From: Enterococcus phage vB_Efs6_KEN16
Sequence record: PP582187.1
Length of the DNA: 24,000 nucleotides
Strand: one strand, 5' to 3'
The number at the start of each line of letters is the position of its first letter. Positions within the stretch are counted from its first letter, which is position 1. Below the pieces are notes generated by a model. It did not search any database. It was not told the DNA's origin and worked only from the letters and a program-made list of their open reading frames with translations. Shown here piece after piece: positions 16,543-24,000 of the stretch. Position numbers and translations under genes: made by a program.

Positions 16543-17322
16543 TATCCTTACGCAGACTTGAAATTAACTGTTAACGACTCTGACGTTGATAGCCATAAGA
16601 GAAACTATTTAGTAGAACCTGCTAAAGACAGAGGTGACTATAAATTTATATCTGTTGGTATTGACTGGGGTAACAGACATTGGGTATCTATACATGGTGT
16701 TAAAACAAATGGTACGGTAGATTTGATAAAACTTTTTTCTGTGGGTAAGTCCAACCCGCTAGACCCTAATGCAATAGATGTAGACATACAGTCTATAAAA
16801 TTACAACTAGCTCCTTACAATCCAGATATAATCGTAGCTGACGTAGGGGACTCAGGGGATAAAGTTGCTAAACTTATGCAAATTTATGGAAAAGAACGAG
16901 TTTTTGGGTGTGTCTACCCATCAACCCCTAAATCTACTGGTAACCTAGTACCTACTTGGAGCCCACAAGCAAATAAAGTATCCGCTGACAAGTTAATGCA
17001 GAATAAACGTTACATTAACAAGATGAAAGAAGGAGAAATAGGTTACTACTCAAAACCAGATACAGAGCTTAATTTATATAAAGAGCACTGGAAGAATGTT
17101 GTTATACGTGATATTGAGGACGAAAAGACATCGACAGGTTTTAGACAAATTATCGGCAGAAAAGGTGATGACCACTACTCACAAGCAAGCGTTTATTCCA
17201 TGTTAGGATATGAGTACCTAATGAATGTATTTACAGGAGTAAAAGAGTATGGATTTGACTCTGATTGGGTGTCCACTCAGTTAGCACCTACGAAACCTGA
17301 TATATTTACAGAATTTGTATAG
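16543..17322 (+). CDS. terL: Terminase large subunit, exon 3 (nuclease region)
   Basis: YPYADLKLTVND...ISVGIDWGNRHWVSIHG...IIVADVGDSGDK...DDHYSQASVYSML. Exons total 1815 nt (604 aa), in frame. Confidence 0.94.
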   Translation, partial: YPYADLKLTVNDSDVDSHKRNYLVEPAKDRGDYKFISVGIDWGNRHWVSIHGVKTNGTVDLIKLFSVGKSNPLDPNAIDVDIQSIKLQLAPYNPDIIVADVGDSGDKVAKLMQIYGKERVFGCVYPSTPKSTGNLVPTWSPQANKVSADKLMQNKRYINKMKEGEIGYYSKPDTELNLYKEHWKNVVIRDIEDEKTSTGFRQIIGRKGDDHYSQASVYSMLGYEYLMNVFTGVKEYGFDSDWVSTQLAPTKPDIFTEFV

Positions 17323-17328
17323 GTAGAT

Positions 17329-17367
17329 TGCCTTATTTAGTTTTAGTCAAGCTGAATAAGGCATTTT
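17329..17367 (+). terminator. Probable intrinsic terminator after terL
   Basis: TGCCTTATT...AATAAGGCA (9 bp) followed by TTTTGTATTG. Confidence 0.6.
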
Positions 17368-17370
17368 GTA

Positions 17371-17399
17371 TTGTTTGATATATATTTTTGTGGTATAAT
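17371..17399 (+). promoter_or_regulatory. Promoter with extended -10
   Basis: TTGTTT, 17-bp spacer, TATAAT at 17394-17399, preceded by TGTGG. Confidence 0.75.
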
Positions 17400-17421
17400 A
17401 AATATAGTTAGGGGGATAGTT

Positions 17422-18210
17422 ATGGTAGACAACAATGTAAAAATAAGTAAAAGTACAATTGAAGGACTAATAAATAAGTCTTTAAGTTATGAGTACGTTA
17501 TAAAAAATAACGAATTGCTGACAAACGAATATCAACATATTGTAAAAGCGTATGGGTTTGACAATTTTTATGACATGTATCTATATGCAGATAGCTGTGA
17601 TTCTAAAGATATGTATTTAGTAAAAGGTGGTCAAAAAGACTTGTCTAAGCTAAAACCTGTTAAAAGAAAAGTTGTTAGAAATGGTAAAACTATGACTACA
17701 ACTATTTATGAAGATACAGGCAGTTCGGACAATAATAACAGTAACCCTTTAGACAAAGAGAGTAAAAAGAAAAAAGAGTTAGAACCAGTTAATGCTAAGG
17801 AACTACGTAAGGTTAGCTTAGGTAGTGATGAAGAAGAGAAGTTAGACCCTAAAAAGATAGCAAAATTGCTAGCAGACACTAAAAAATTTGGAAATAATTT
17901 TGATACGCAGTGTACTGATTATCTTATTCTTGAACAAGACTCTGTTACACGAGGAGTGGTAGGGTTTACTAGAGAAGGTTCTTATTTAAAAATGTCTTTC
18001 TCAATGTCAGATGAGGCTGTTGAGGGTATGAAGATGTTAGCTTTTTCACAGCTCACATTAAAGGCTTGGAAATTGGGTCTAGGGGCTAAGATAAGCACAG
18101 ATAATGCACCTGATGTAGAGGAACTAATTAGCTTATATGGATACAAAAGAAATAAGACAGAGTATATTGTGTCAATGAGCTCACTGCGTAGTCTTCTAGG
18201 GGAGCCTTAG
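17422..18210 (+). CDS. Hypothetical structural-region protein
   Basis: MVDNNVKISKSTIEGLINKSL...; ATG 17422 preferred over the TTG at 17371, which is the promoter -35 element. Confidence 0.8.
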   Translation: MVDNNVKISKSTIEGLINKSLSYEYVIKNNELLTNEYQHIVKAYGFDNFYDMYLYADSCDSKDMYLVKGGQKDLSKLKPVKRKVVRNGKTMTTTIYEDTGSSDNNNSNPLDKESKKKKELEPVNAKELRKVSLGSDEEEKLDPKKIAKLLADTKKFGNNFDTQCTDYLILEQDSVTRGVVGFTREGSYLKMSFSMSDEAVEGMKMLAFSQLTLKAWKLGLGAKISTDNAPDVEELISLYGYKRNKTEYIVSMSSLRSLLGEP

Positions 18211-18212
18211 TC

Positions 18213-19031
18213 ATAAGTGCTACGTTAGTCATTATACTAGTATTTTCAACTATTATTTTTTTAATTTTTAATTTACTAGTAAGTAAGGTAGTTAAAGAAT
18301 TTTATAACTTAAAGATGCTAGCAAAAGAGGGACTAACAGATAAAGTAACAGACATAACAAATGATATAATGCATATATTGAAAGGAGAAATAAATAATAT
18401 GGAATTAATTATGAATAATAAGAAACTAGATGAATTAACTAATAAGGTAGCTACTGATGAGGACTACGATATTTTTGTAGAGAAGATGGGTAAGCTAGTT
18501 AAAGATTTGTATGAGAACTACCAGTTTTTACAACAAAACCCACCAGAAGGAGATTACACATCAGGTTATTTTTTAGGGTTCCAAGTAATCAGAGCAGAAT
18601 ACCCAGTTGAGTATGAGAATTTATTTAGATTAGCTGTAGATAAAAATTTAAATGAACTAGAGATAAATAAGAGATTTGTTGAAGCTGTTAAGGATGGCAA
18701 GGTTTTACCATTAGGTGAGGCTGTCATTGATGAATTACAAACAGGGTGTAGCTCTATACTACAGGCACAAGAAGTACGTGTAAATATTGTATTTGGTACA
18801 AAAGAATACATGGCTAAGCAAGAAGAAGAGCGTAAAGAACGTCAAGCTAAGTTAGAAGAAGAACGGGAAAGAGCTATGGAAGTACTAAAAACAAAAGATG
18901 ACGTACTTAACACATTAAGAGTAACCGAGGCTTTGGCTAATGAATTAACAGACGAAGTCGCAGAAAAATATGATTTAATGGAGCTAGTTAACAGTATGAG
19001 AGAGGGGCTGAAAGCTCATAATGGAAATTAA
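18213..19031 (+). CDS. Membrane-anchored coiled-coil protein, likely AUA start
   Basis: Frame open from 18192. AGGGGAG at 18198-18204 is 8 nt before ATA 18213. Adds ISATLVIILVFSTIIFLIFNLLVSKVVKEF upstream of ATG 18315. Confidence 0.6.
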   Translation: MSATLVIILVFSTIIFLIFNLLVSKVVKEFYNLKMLAKEGLTDKVTDITNDIMHILKGEINNMELIMNNKKLDELTNKVATDEDYDIFVEKMGKLVKDLYENYQFLQQNPPEGDYTSGYFLGFQVIRAEYPVEYENLFRLAVDKNLNELEINKRFVEAVKDGKVLPLGEAVIDELQTGCSSILQAQEVRVNIVFGTKEYMAKQEEERKERQAKLEEERERAMEVLKTKDDVLNTLRVTEALANELTDEVAEKYDLMELVNSMREGLKAHNGN

Positions 19032-19365
19032 AAATTCTTTGGGGAAAGCTCTTATAAAAAATTTAAGATTGCTTAAAGAAAAAAGAGATGCAATGCCCGA
19101 TAACTTAGAGTATACAAGTCAAGTTATGATTCCTGTGCCCTACTATCTAATAAAAAAAGGGGATAACGCAGTAGAATCATTCCTTATGTGTGCGGGGATG
19201 ATAAATAGGAATAAAGATTTAGGTTTACCTATTTCTTTAGAGAAAGGTAAGCAACAAGTTAAGCTTAACAATGGAGAACTAACAACCATTGTAGAATGTG
19301 TTGCTACCTATTCAGATAAAACTGACATTGACGGTGTAGAAAGATTCTTAGTTGAACATCTATAA
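19021..19365 (+). CDS. Hypothetical protein
   Basis: 114-aa ORF overlapping the upstream gene. Confidence 0.75.
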   Translation: MEIKNSLGKALIKNLRLLKEKRDAMPDNLEYTSQVMIPVPYYLIKKGDNAVESFLMCAGMINRNKDLGLPISLEKGKQQVKLNNGELTTIVECVATYSDKTDIDGVERFLVEHL

Positions 19366-19377
19366 AAATTAAATTAA

Positions 19378-19433
19378 CGAGTTCTATTTTGTGCTATATT
19401 AGATATGCATGAAATAGAACTCGTTTCTTTTTT
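19378..19433 (+). terminator. Intrinsic terminator
   Basis: CGAGTTCTATTT...AAATAGAACTCG followed by TTTCTTTTTT. Confidence 0.8.
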
Positions 19434-19458
19434 ATGACTAACTAAGGAGGTTTAATAG

Positions 19459-20328
19459 ATGGCAGGAGAAGTATTTAGTAGCTTGATTACAAGTGTAAAT
19501 CCTAACCCAATGAACGCAGGTAGTCGTAATGGTATCCCTATCGACACCATTATCCTACATCACAATGCAACAACAAATAAAGATGTTGCTATGAACACAT
19601 GGCTATTAGGTGGTGGCGCAGGTACATCTGCTCATTATGAATGTACACCAACAGAAATTATTGGATGTGTCGGTGAGCAGTATTCAGCATTCCATGCCGG
19701 AGGTACAGGTGGTATAGATGTTCCTAAGATTACCAACCCTAACCAACGTTCAATAGGTATTGAAAATGTAAACTCGTCAGGAGCACCTAATTGGTCTGTA
19801 GACCCTAGAACAATTACAAATTGTGCTCGTTTAGTGGCAGATATTTGTACACGTTATGGTATTCCATGTGACCGACAACACGTGTTAGGACATAACGAAG
19901 TAACTGCAACAGCATGCCCCGGAGGTATGGACGTAGACGAAGTTGTACGTCAAGCTCAACAGTTCATGGCAGGAGGCTCTAACAATGCAGTTAAGCCGGA
20001 GCCAAGTAAGCCTACACCAAGCAAACCAAGTAATAATAAAAATAAAGAAGGAGTGGCAACTATGTATTGTTTATACGAAAGACCTATTAACTCAAAAACA
20101 GGAGTACTAGAGTGGAATGGTGATGCATGGACAGTTATGTTTTGTAATGGGGTAAACTGTCGCAGAGTATCTCATCCAGATGAAATGAAAGTAATTGAGG
20201 ATATTTACAGAAAAAATAACGGAAAAGACATTCCATTTTACAGTCAAAAAGAATGGAATAAAAATGCACCATGGTATAACAGATTAGAGACAGTATGTCC
20301 AGTAGTAGGTATTACTAAAAAATCTTAA
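19459..20328 (+). CDS. Endolysin, N-acetylmuramoyl-L-alanine amidase (Amidase_2/PGRP-like)
   Basis: TIILHHNATTNKDVAMNTWL...SAHYECTPTEIIGCVGEQYSAFHAG...RQHVLGHNEVTATACPGG; Pro/Ser linker and extra C-terminal domain. Confidence 0.93.
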   Translation: MAGEVFSSLITSVNPNPMNAGSRNGIPIDTIILHHNATTNKDVAMNTWLLGGGAGTSAHYECTPTEIIGCVGEQYSAFHAGGTGGIDVPKITNPNQRSIGIENVNSSGAPNWSVDPRTITNCARLVADICTRYGIPCDRQHVLGHNEVTATACPGGMDVDEVVRQAQQFMAGGSNNAVKPEPSKPTPSKPSNNKNKEGVATMYCLYERPINSKTGVLEWNGDAWTVMFCNGVNCRRVSHPDEMKVIEDIYRKNNGKDIPFYSQKEWNKNAPWYNRLETVCPVVGITKKS

Positions 20329-20337
20329 TACTAGATT

Positions 20338-20370
20338 TAAGACCATCTTATGGTGGTCTTTTTTCTTTCT
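20338..20370 (+). terminator. Intrinsic terminator
   Basis: AAGACCATC-TTATG-GTGGTCTT followed by a T tract. Confidence 0.85.
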
Positions 20371-20494
20371 TTGTAATATTCGTAATAATATGTAATGGCT
20401 ATGTAACCGCTTGTTCTTTTGGCTGTAACAATTACATGTTATATTAGTTCTTGTAAGCAACACAAATAAAGAAAATATTGAGGAGAATTTTATT

Positions 20495-21133
20495 TTGAAG
20501 AAAACTAGTATTTTAGGTTTAAGTTTATTAAGTTTAGGTTTAGTAGTAGGTTTAGGAACCGAAGCTAAGGCAGAAGAAGTAACAGAGAATGGGAAGACAT
20601 ATTGGAAGGTAGAGTCAGGAGACACACTATCAGAAATTGGAGCTAAGTACAACTTAGACTTCACTAACATTCATAAAGTTAACAAAGGTGTTGTAGCTGA
20701 CCCTAATGTCATTTTCGTAGGTGACAAATTGTTATTACCTTTAGATGAAAATGGCAAGCTAGTGGAACAAGTAAATACCACTGAGCCAGATATTGAAGTA
20801 CAATATAACGCACCAGTAACACCTGAACAACCTGTAGTTGTAGAACAAGAAGTTGTAGAGCAACCTGTAGTTGTAGCAGAAACCCCTGCCCCTGTAGTAG
20901 AGGTACCTGCTGATAGTAGTTCAGCAAAAGAGTGGATTGCACAACGTGAGTCTAGTGGTTCTTACGATGCAACAAACGGTCAGTATATCGGTCGTTACCA
21001 ATTATCTGCCTCTTATTTAAATGGTGACTATTCACCTGCCAACCAAGAACGAGTAGCCGATGAGTATGTAGCAGGTCGCTATGGCTCATGGGAGAACGCA
21101 AAATCTTTCTGGTTAGCAAATGGTTGGTACTAA
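20495..21133 (+). CDS. Secreted LysM protein with C-terminal transglycosylase/Apf-like domain
   Basis: Signal peptide MKKTSILGLSLLSLGLVVGLGTEAKA; YWKVESGDTLSEIGAKYNLDFTNIHKVN...DKLLLP; AKEWIAQRESSGSYDATNGQYIGRYQLS. TTG start after GAGGAG. Confidence 0.88.
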   Translation: MKKTSILGLSLLSLGLVVGLGTEAKAEEVTENGKTYWKVESGDTLSEIGAKYNLDFTNIHKVNKGVVADPNVIFVGDKLLLPLDENGKLVEQVNTTEPDIEVQYNAPVTPEQPVVVEQEVVEQPVVVAETPAPVVEVPADSSSAKEWIAQRESSGSYDATNGQYIGRYQLSASYLNGDYSPANQERVADEYVAGRYGSWENAKSFWLANGWY

Positions 21134-21149
21134 AATTAAATAGCAATAA

Positions 21150-21178
21150 TGACCCCTTTATTAAGGGGTCTTTTTTTA
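21150..21178 (+). terminator. Intrinsic terminator
   Basis: GACCCCTT-TAT-TAAGGGGTC followed by TTTTTTT. Confidence 0.88.
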
Positions 21179-21226
21179 TGCTATATTAATATATAGTAAA
21201 TAGTAATATAAAATGGTTATGATTAG

Positions 21227-21240
21227 TTATGTGGTATAAT
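21227..21240 (+). promoter_or_regulatory. Extended -10 promoter motif TTATGTGGTATAAT
   Basis: Lies between a terminator and the 21275 gene; same 14-mer as on the minus strand at 10223-10236. Confidence 0.7.
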
Positions 21241-21274
21241 AGACTTATGTTAAAACCATTTAAGGAGGGGAAAC

Positions 21275-21619
21275 ATGGGTTATATTCAAGATGAGACATG
21301 GCAGATGGTTAAAAAAGTTGCTAAAAAGAATGGGTTTGTTGGTGACTGGATTTTAATTATCCACTCATACTATGAGTATGGTGGAAATCACGTCCAGATA
21401 CATACAACAATAAACGGAGAAAGCTATAGAATTTTAAGGTTGTTAGACAGCAGAGAGATACTTTTATTAGATAGAAAAGGTAACCCTGTAATTTATGATT
21501 ACGAAATAGTTAATGATGGTCAAAAAAGCTTCTTTTATAATGATATGGAAGAGAAAGAAATCGAAATACCTAATGGAAGATGCTTAAACGATAAGACAAG
21601 GGTAAAAATTTATGTATAA
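21275..21619 (+). CDS. Hypothetical protein
   Basis: 114-aa ORF with AGGGG upstream of the ATG. Confidence 0.8.
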   Translation: MGYIQDETWQMVKKVAKKNGFVGDWILIIHSYYEYGGNHVQIHTTINGESYRILRLLDSREILLLDRKGNPVIYDYEIVNDGQKSFFYNDMEEKEIEIPNGRCLNDKTRVKIYV

Positions 21620-21633
21620 GGTAGGTGTAACAG

Positions 21634-23358
21634 TTGCCAAAATGGTTAGATAAAGCACTAGGTATAGAAAAATCGTCCATAGAAGAAACTCGGAATATGG
21701 AAAATTATAAGATGCATTTAAGGGAAATAGACACCAATGTGGTCAATAACGAGCCGTACAGCATGGAAAGTATTGAAAAAGGTATGAATGGCAAGACCAC
21801 TGCATATATGCAACCAATTATTGGAGAGATGTCAGTAAACCCCGGGTATAAAACTAAACCGTCTATACGTAACTCTCAAGACTTACATAAGACACTTAAA
21901 AAGTTTGGTAATAACATAATATTAAATGCTATTATTAATACACGGTCAAACCAAGTATCGATGTATTGTAAGCCCGCAAGAAACTCTGAAACAGGTGTTG
22001 GTTACGAGATACGTTTAAAAGATATTGAAGCAGAACCTACTTCACATGACATTGCTAATATTAAGCGTATTGAAAGTTTTTTAGAGAACACAGCACAATT
22101 TAGAGACCCTAATAGAGATAACTTTACAACTTTTTGTAAAAAACTTGTTCGGGCAACATATATGTATGACCAAGTAAACTTTGAAAAGGTATTTGATAAA
22201 GATGGTAACTTTATCAAATTTGATACTGTAGACCCAACTACAATTTTCTTAGCAACAAATGGTGACGGTAAACTAATTAAAAATGGTGAAAGATTTGTTC
22301 AGGTTATCGATAACAGAATTGTTGCCAAATTCAATGAGAGAGAGCTAGCTTTTGCTGTTAGAAACCCTAGAGCAGACATAGAAGTTGGGCAATATGGTTA
22401 TCCAGAGCTTGAAATAGCACTAAAACAATTTATTGCTCATGAAAATACAGAAGTATTTAATGACAGATTTTTCTCACATGGAGGTACTACAAGAGGTATC
22501 TTGCATGTAAAAACTGGGCAACAGCAGAGCCAACAAGCATTAGACATATTTAGAAGAGAATGGAGAAGCTCACTAGCAGGAATAAATGGTTCATGGCAAA
22601 TACCTGTAGTATCTGCAGAAGATGTAAAATTTGTTAACATGACACCCTCTGCTAATGATATGCAATTTGAAAAATGGCTTAACTACTTAATTAATGTTAT
22701 ATCTGCTTTGTATGGAATTGACCCCGCAGAGATAAACTTCCCTAACAATGGTGGTGCAACAGGCTCTAAAGGAGGCTCCCTAAATGAGGGAAACTCAAAA
22801 GAGAAAATGCAAGCTTCTCAGAATAAAGGGCTACAACCCCTTTTAAGATTTATAGAGGACACCGTTAACACATATATTGTTGCGGAATTTGGAGAAAAAT
22901 ACCAATTCCAATTTAGAGGGGGAGACCTAAGTGCTCAACTAGATAAGCTTAAAATAATTGAGCAAGAAGGTAAAGTATTCAGAACAGTTAACGAGATAAG
23001 ACATGATAAAGGTTTAGAACCGATTAAAGGCGGAGACGTTATACTAAATGGTGTTCACATACAAGCTATTGGGCAAGCGTTACAAGAAGAACAGCTAGAA
23101 TACCAAAGAAGCCAAGACCGCTTAAACAGACTATTAGAGCTATCTGGTGGAGATGTAGAACAACCAGAACCAGAAGAGCCCAAAGACAGTCAAAATGATA
23201 CAGATGTTTCATTTCAGGATGAACAACAAGGTTTAAATGGTAAGTCTAAGAAAGTTAATGGTAAGGTAGACGACAATGTTGGCAAGGACGGTCAGTTAAA
23301 ATCGGAAGAAAACACCAACTCAACTAAGCATGGTACTGATGGTATAAAAAAAGAATAA
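21634..23358 (+). CDS. Portal protein
   Basis: 574 aa; position upstream of the protease and sequence such as VSMYCKPARNSETGVGYEIRLKD...FFSHGGTTRGILHVKTG...ALYGIDPAEINFPNNGG. TTG start. Confidence 0.88.
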   Translation: MPKWLDKALGIEKSSIEETRNMENYKMHLREIDTNVVNNEPYSMESIEKGMNGKTTAYMQPIIGEMSVNPGYKTKPSIRNSQDLHKTLKKFGNNIILNAIINTRSNQVSMYCKPARNSETGVGYEIRLKDIEAEPTSHDIANIKRIESFLENTAQFRDPNRDNFTTFCKKLVRATYMYDQVNFEKVFDKDGNFIKFDTVDPTTIFLATNGDGKLIKNGERFVQVIDNRIVAKFNERELAFAVRNPRADIEVGQYGYPELEIALKQFIAHENTEVFNDRFFSHGGTTRGILHVKTGQQQSQQALDIFRREWRSSLAGINGSWQIPVVSAEDVKFVNMTPSANDMQFEKWLNYLINVISALYGIDPAEINFPNNGGATGSKGGSLNEGNSKEKMQASQNKGLQPLLRFIEDTVNTYIVAEFGEKYQFQFRGGDLSAQLDKLKIIEQEGKVFRTVNEIRHDKGLEPIKGGDVILNGVHIQAIGQALQEEQLEYQRSQDRLNRLLELSGGDVEQPEPEEPKDSQNDTDVSFQDEQQGLNGKSKKVNGKVDDNVGKDGQLKSEENTNSTKHGTDGIKKE

Positions 23359-23367
23359 AAGATAATG

Positions 23368-23387
23368 GAGGGGGCTAGCTCCCCCTC
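23368..23387 (+). terminator. Strong GC hairpin after the portal gene, possible terminator or processing site
   Basis: GAGGGGG-CTAGCT-CCCCCTC followed by a weak T-rich stretch. Confidence 0.45.
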
Positions 23388-23464
23388 AACTTTGTTTGTG
23401 TTACTAGATAGTACATGTTCTGCTATATTAAATACAGTAAAACGTTTAGGTGGTGAAAAGCAAA

Positions 23465-24000
23465 TTGTCAGAAGTTAGAGAAAAATATAGTATTTTCGTA
23501 CCACTGGATATTGAAAATTCTATACAGAAGTCTGAATCTGTGAATGATGGTGAATGGTATGTTCAAGGATATGCAACTACCCCAGATTTAGATTTACAAG
23601 GAGATATTATTTTACCACAGGGCATTGATATTTCTTATTTTATTGAAAATGGTTGGATAAACTATGAGCATAAAAATGATGCTGAGTTTATTATAGGTGC
23701 CCCAACTAGCAATTGTTATGTTGATGTGGACAAAGGGTTATTCGTAGAGGCTAAGCTATTAAAGGATAACAAGTACGCACAGTCTATGTGGAAGCTAGCT
23801 AATACAATCCAGAAATCAGGAATATCTCGTCAGTTAGGTTTTTCTATTGAGGGTGCAGTAGTTAGTAGAAATGCACAAGATAACAGAATCATAGAAGGTG
23901 TTAAAATACATAATGTTGCATTAACGACACATCCGGCTAACCCAAGAGCTACATGGGAGACACTAGTTAAATCTTGGACTACAGGATATGGTATAGCACC
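23465..24000 (+). CDS. Prohead protease, C-terminus cut by window edge
   Basis: Open frame to window end: SEVREKYSIFVPLDIENSIQKSESVNDGEWYVQGYATTPDLDLQGDIILPQG...GAPTSNCYVDVDKGLFVEAKL...SRQLGFSIEGAV...NVALTTHPANPRA. Start TTG 23465 or GTG 23453. Confidence 0.87.
   Translation, partial: MSEVREKYSIFVPLDIENSIQKSESVNDGEWYVQGYATTPDLDLQGDIILPQGIDISYFIENGWINYEHKNDAEFIIGAPTSNCYVDVDKGLFVEAKLLKDNKYAQSMWKLANTIQKSGISRQLGFSIEGAVVSRNAQDNRIIEGVKIHNVALTTHPANPRATWETLVKSWTTGYGIA

Noticed and set aside
16558-17322. Separate gene starting at TTG 16558
   Set aside because: The frame continues upstream to 16543 and joins exon 2; this is terL exon 3.
17371-17421. N-terminal extension MFDIYFCGIINIVRGIV of the 17422 gene
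   Set aside because: It coincides with the promoter -35/-10 elements; ATG 17422 with GGGGG upstream is a better start.
18566-18811. Minus-strand ORFs 18566-18811, 20284-20670, 20709-20942, 20952-21146, 22002-22217, 22437-22640
   Set aside because: Antisense to supported plus-strand genes or terminators; no coding features.
1-24000. Anti-phage defence or toxin-antitoxin system
   Set aside because: No recognisable defence genes; the coding content fits phage nucleotide metabolism, regulation, packaging, head and lysis functions.

Overview
The window looks like part of a virulent, AT-rich Gram-positive phage genome, probably a herellevirus-like myovirus of a lactic-acid bacterium (taxonomy is inference). 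The left part, transcribed on the minus strand, holds a class Ib ribonucleotide reductase operon (nrdH-nrdE-nrdF, with nrdE split by a group I intron carrying a NUMOD4/HNH endonuclease), small early-type genes, an XRE regulator and an AAA ATPase. From about 6.26 to 10.26 kb the sequence is nearly ORF-free. It contains 7 canonical tRNAs (Tyr, Met, Pro, Leu, Arg, Trp, Asp), one 96-nt tRNA-like element with no normal anticodon arm, two adjacent 52-53 nt tRNA-like elements that lack an anticodon arm, and several hairpin-dense blocks that look like large structured noncoding RNAs. About 10.39-10.70 kb holds two tandem AT-rich units bounded by 12-bp inverted repeats. On the right, plus-strand genes are a terL gene split into three exons by two related group I introns (each with a zinc-ribbon/Vsr-like homing endonuclease), an endolysin, a secreted LysM protein, the portal and the start of a prohead protease. 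All three intron boundaries could be derived to the base, and each join restores an in-frame conserved protein. Two genes (the first intron endonuclease and an 18.2 kb membrane-anchored protein) appear to start at AUA. The items most worth follow-up are the structured noncoding island, the mini tRNA-like elements and the AUA starts. No CRISPR array or defence system is supported.
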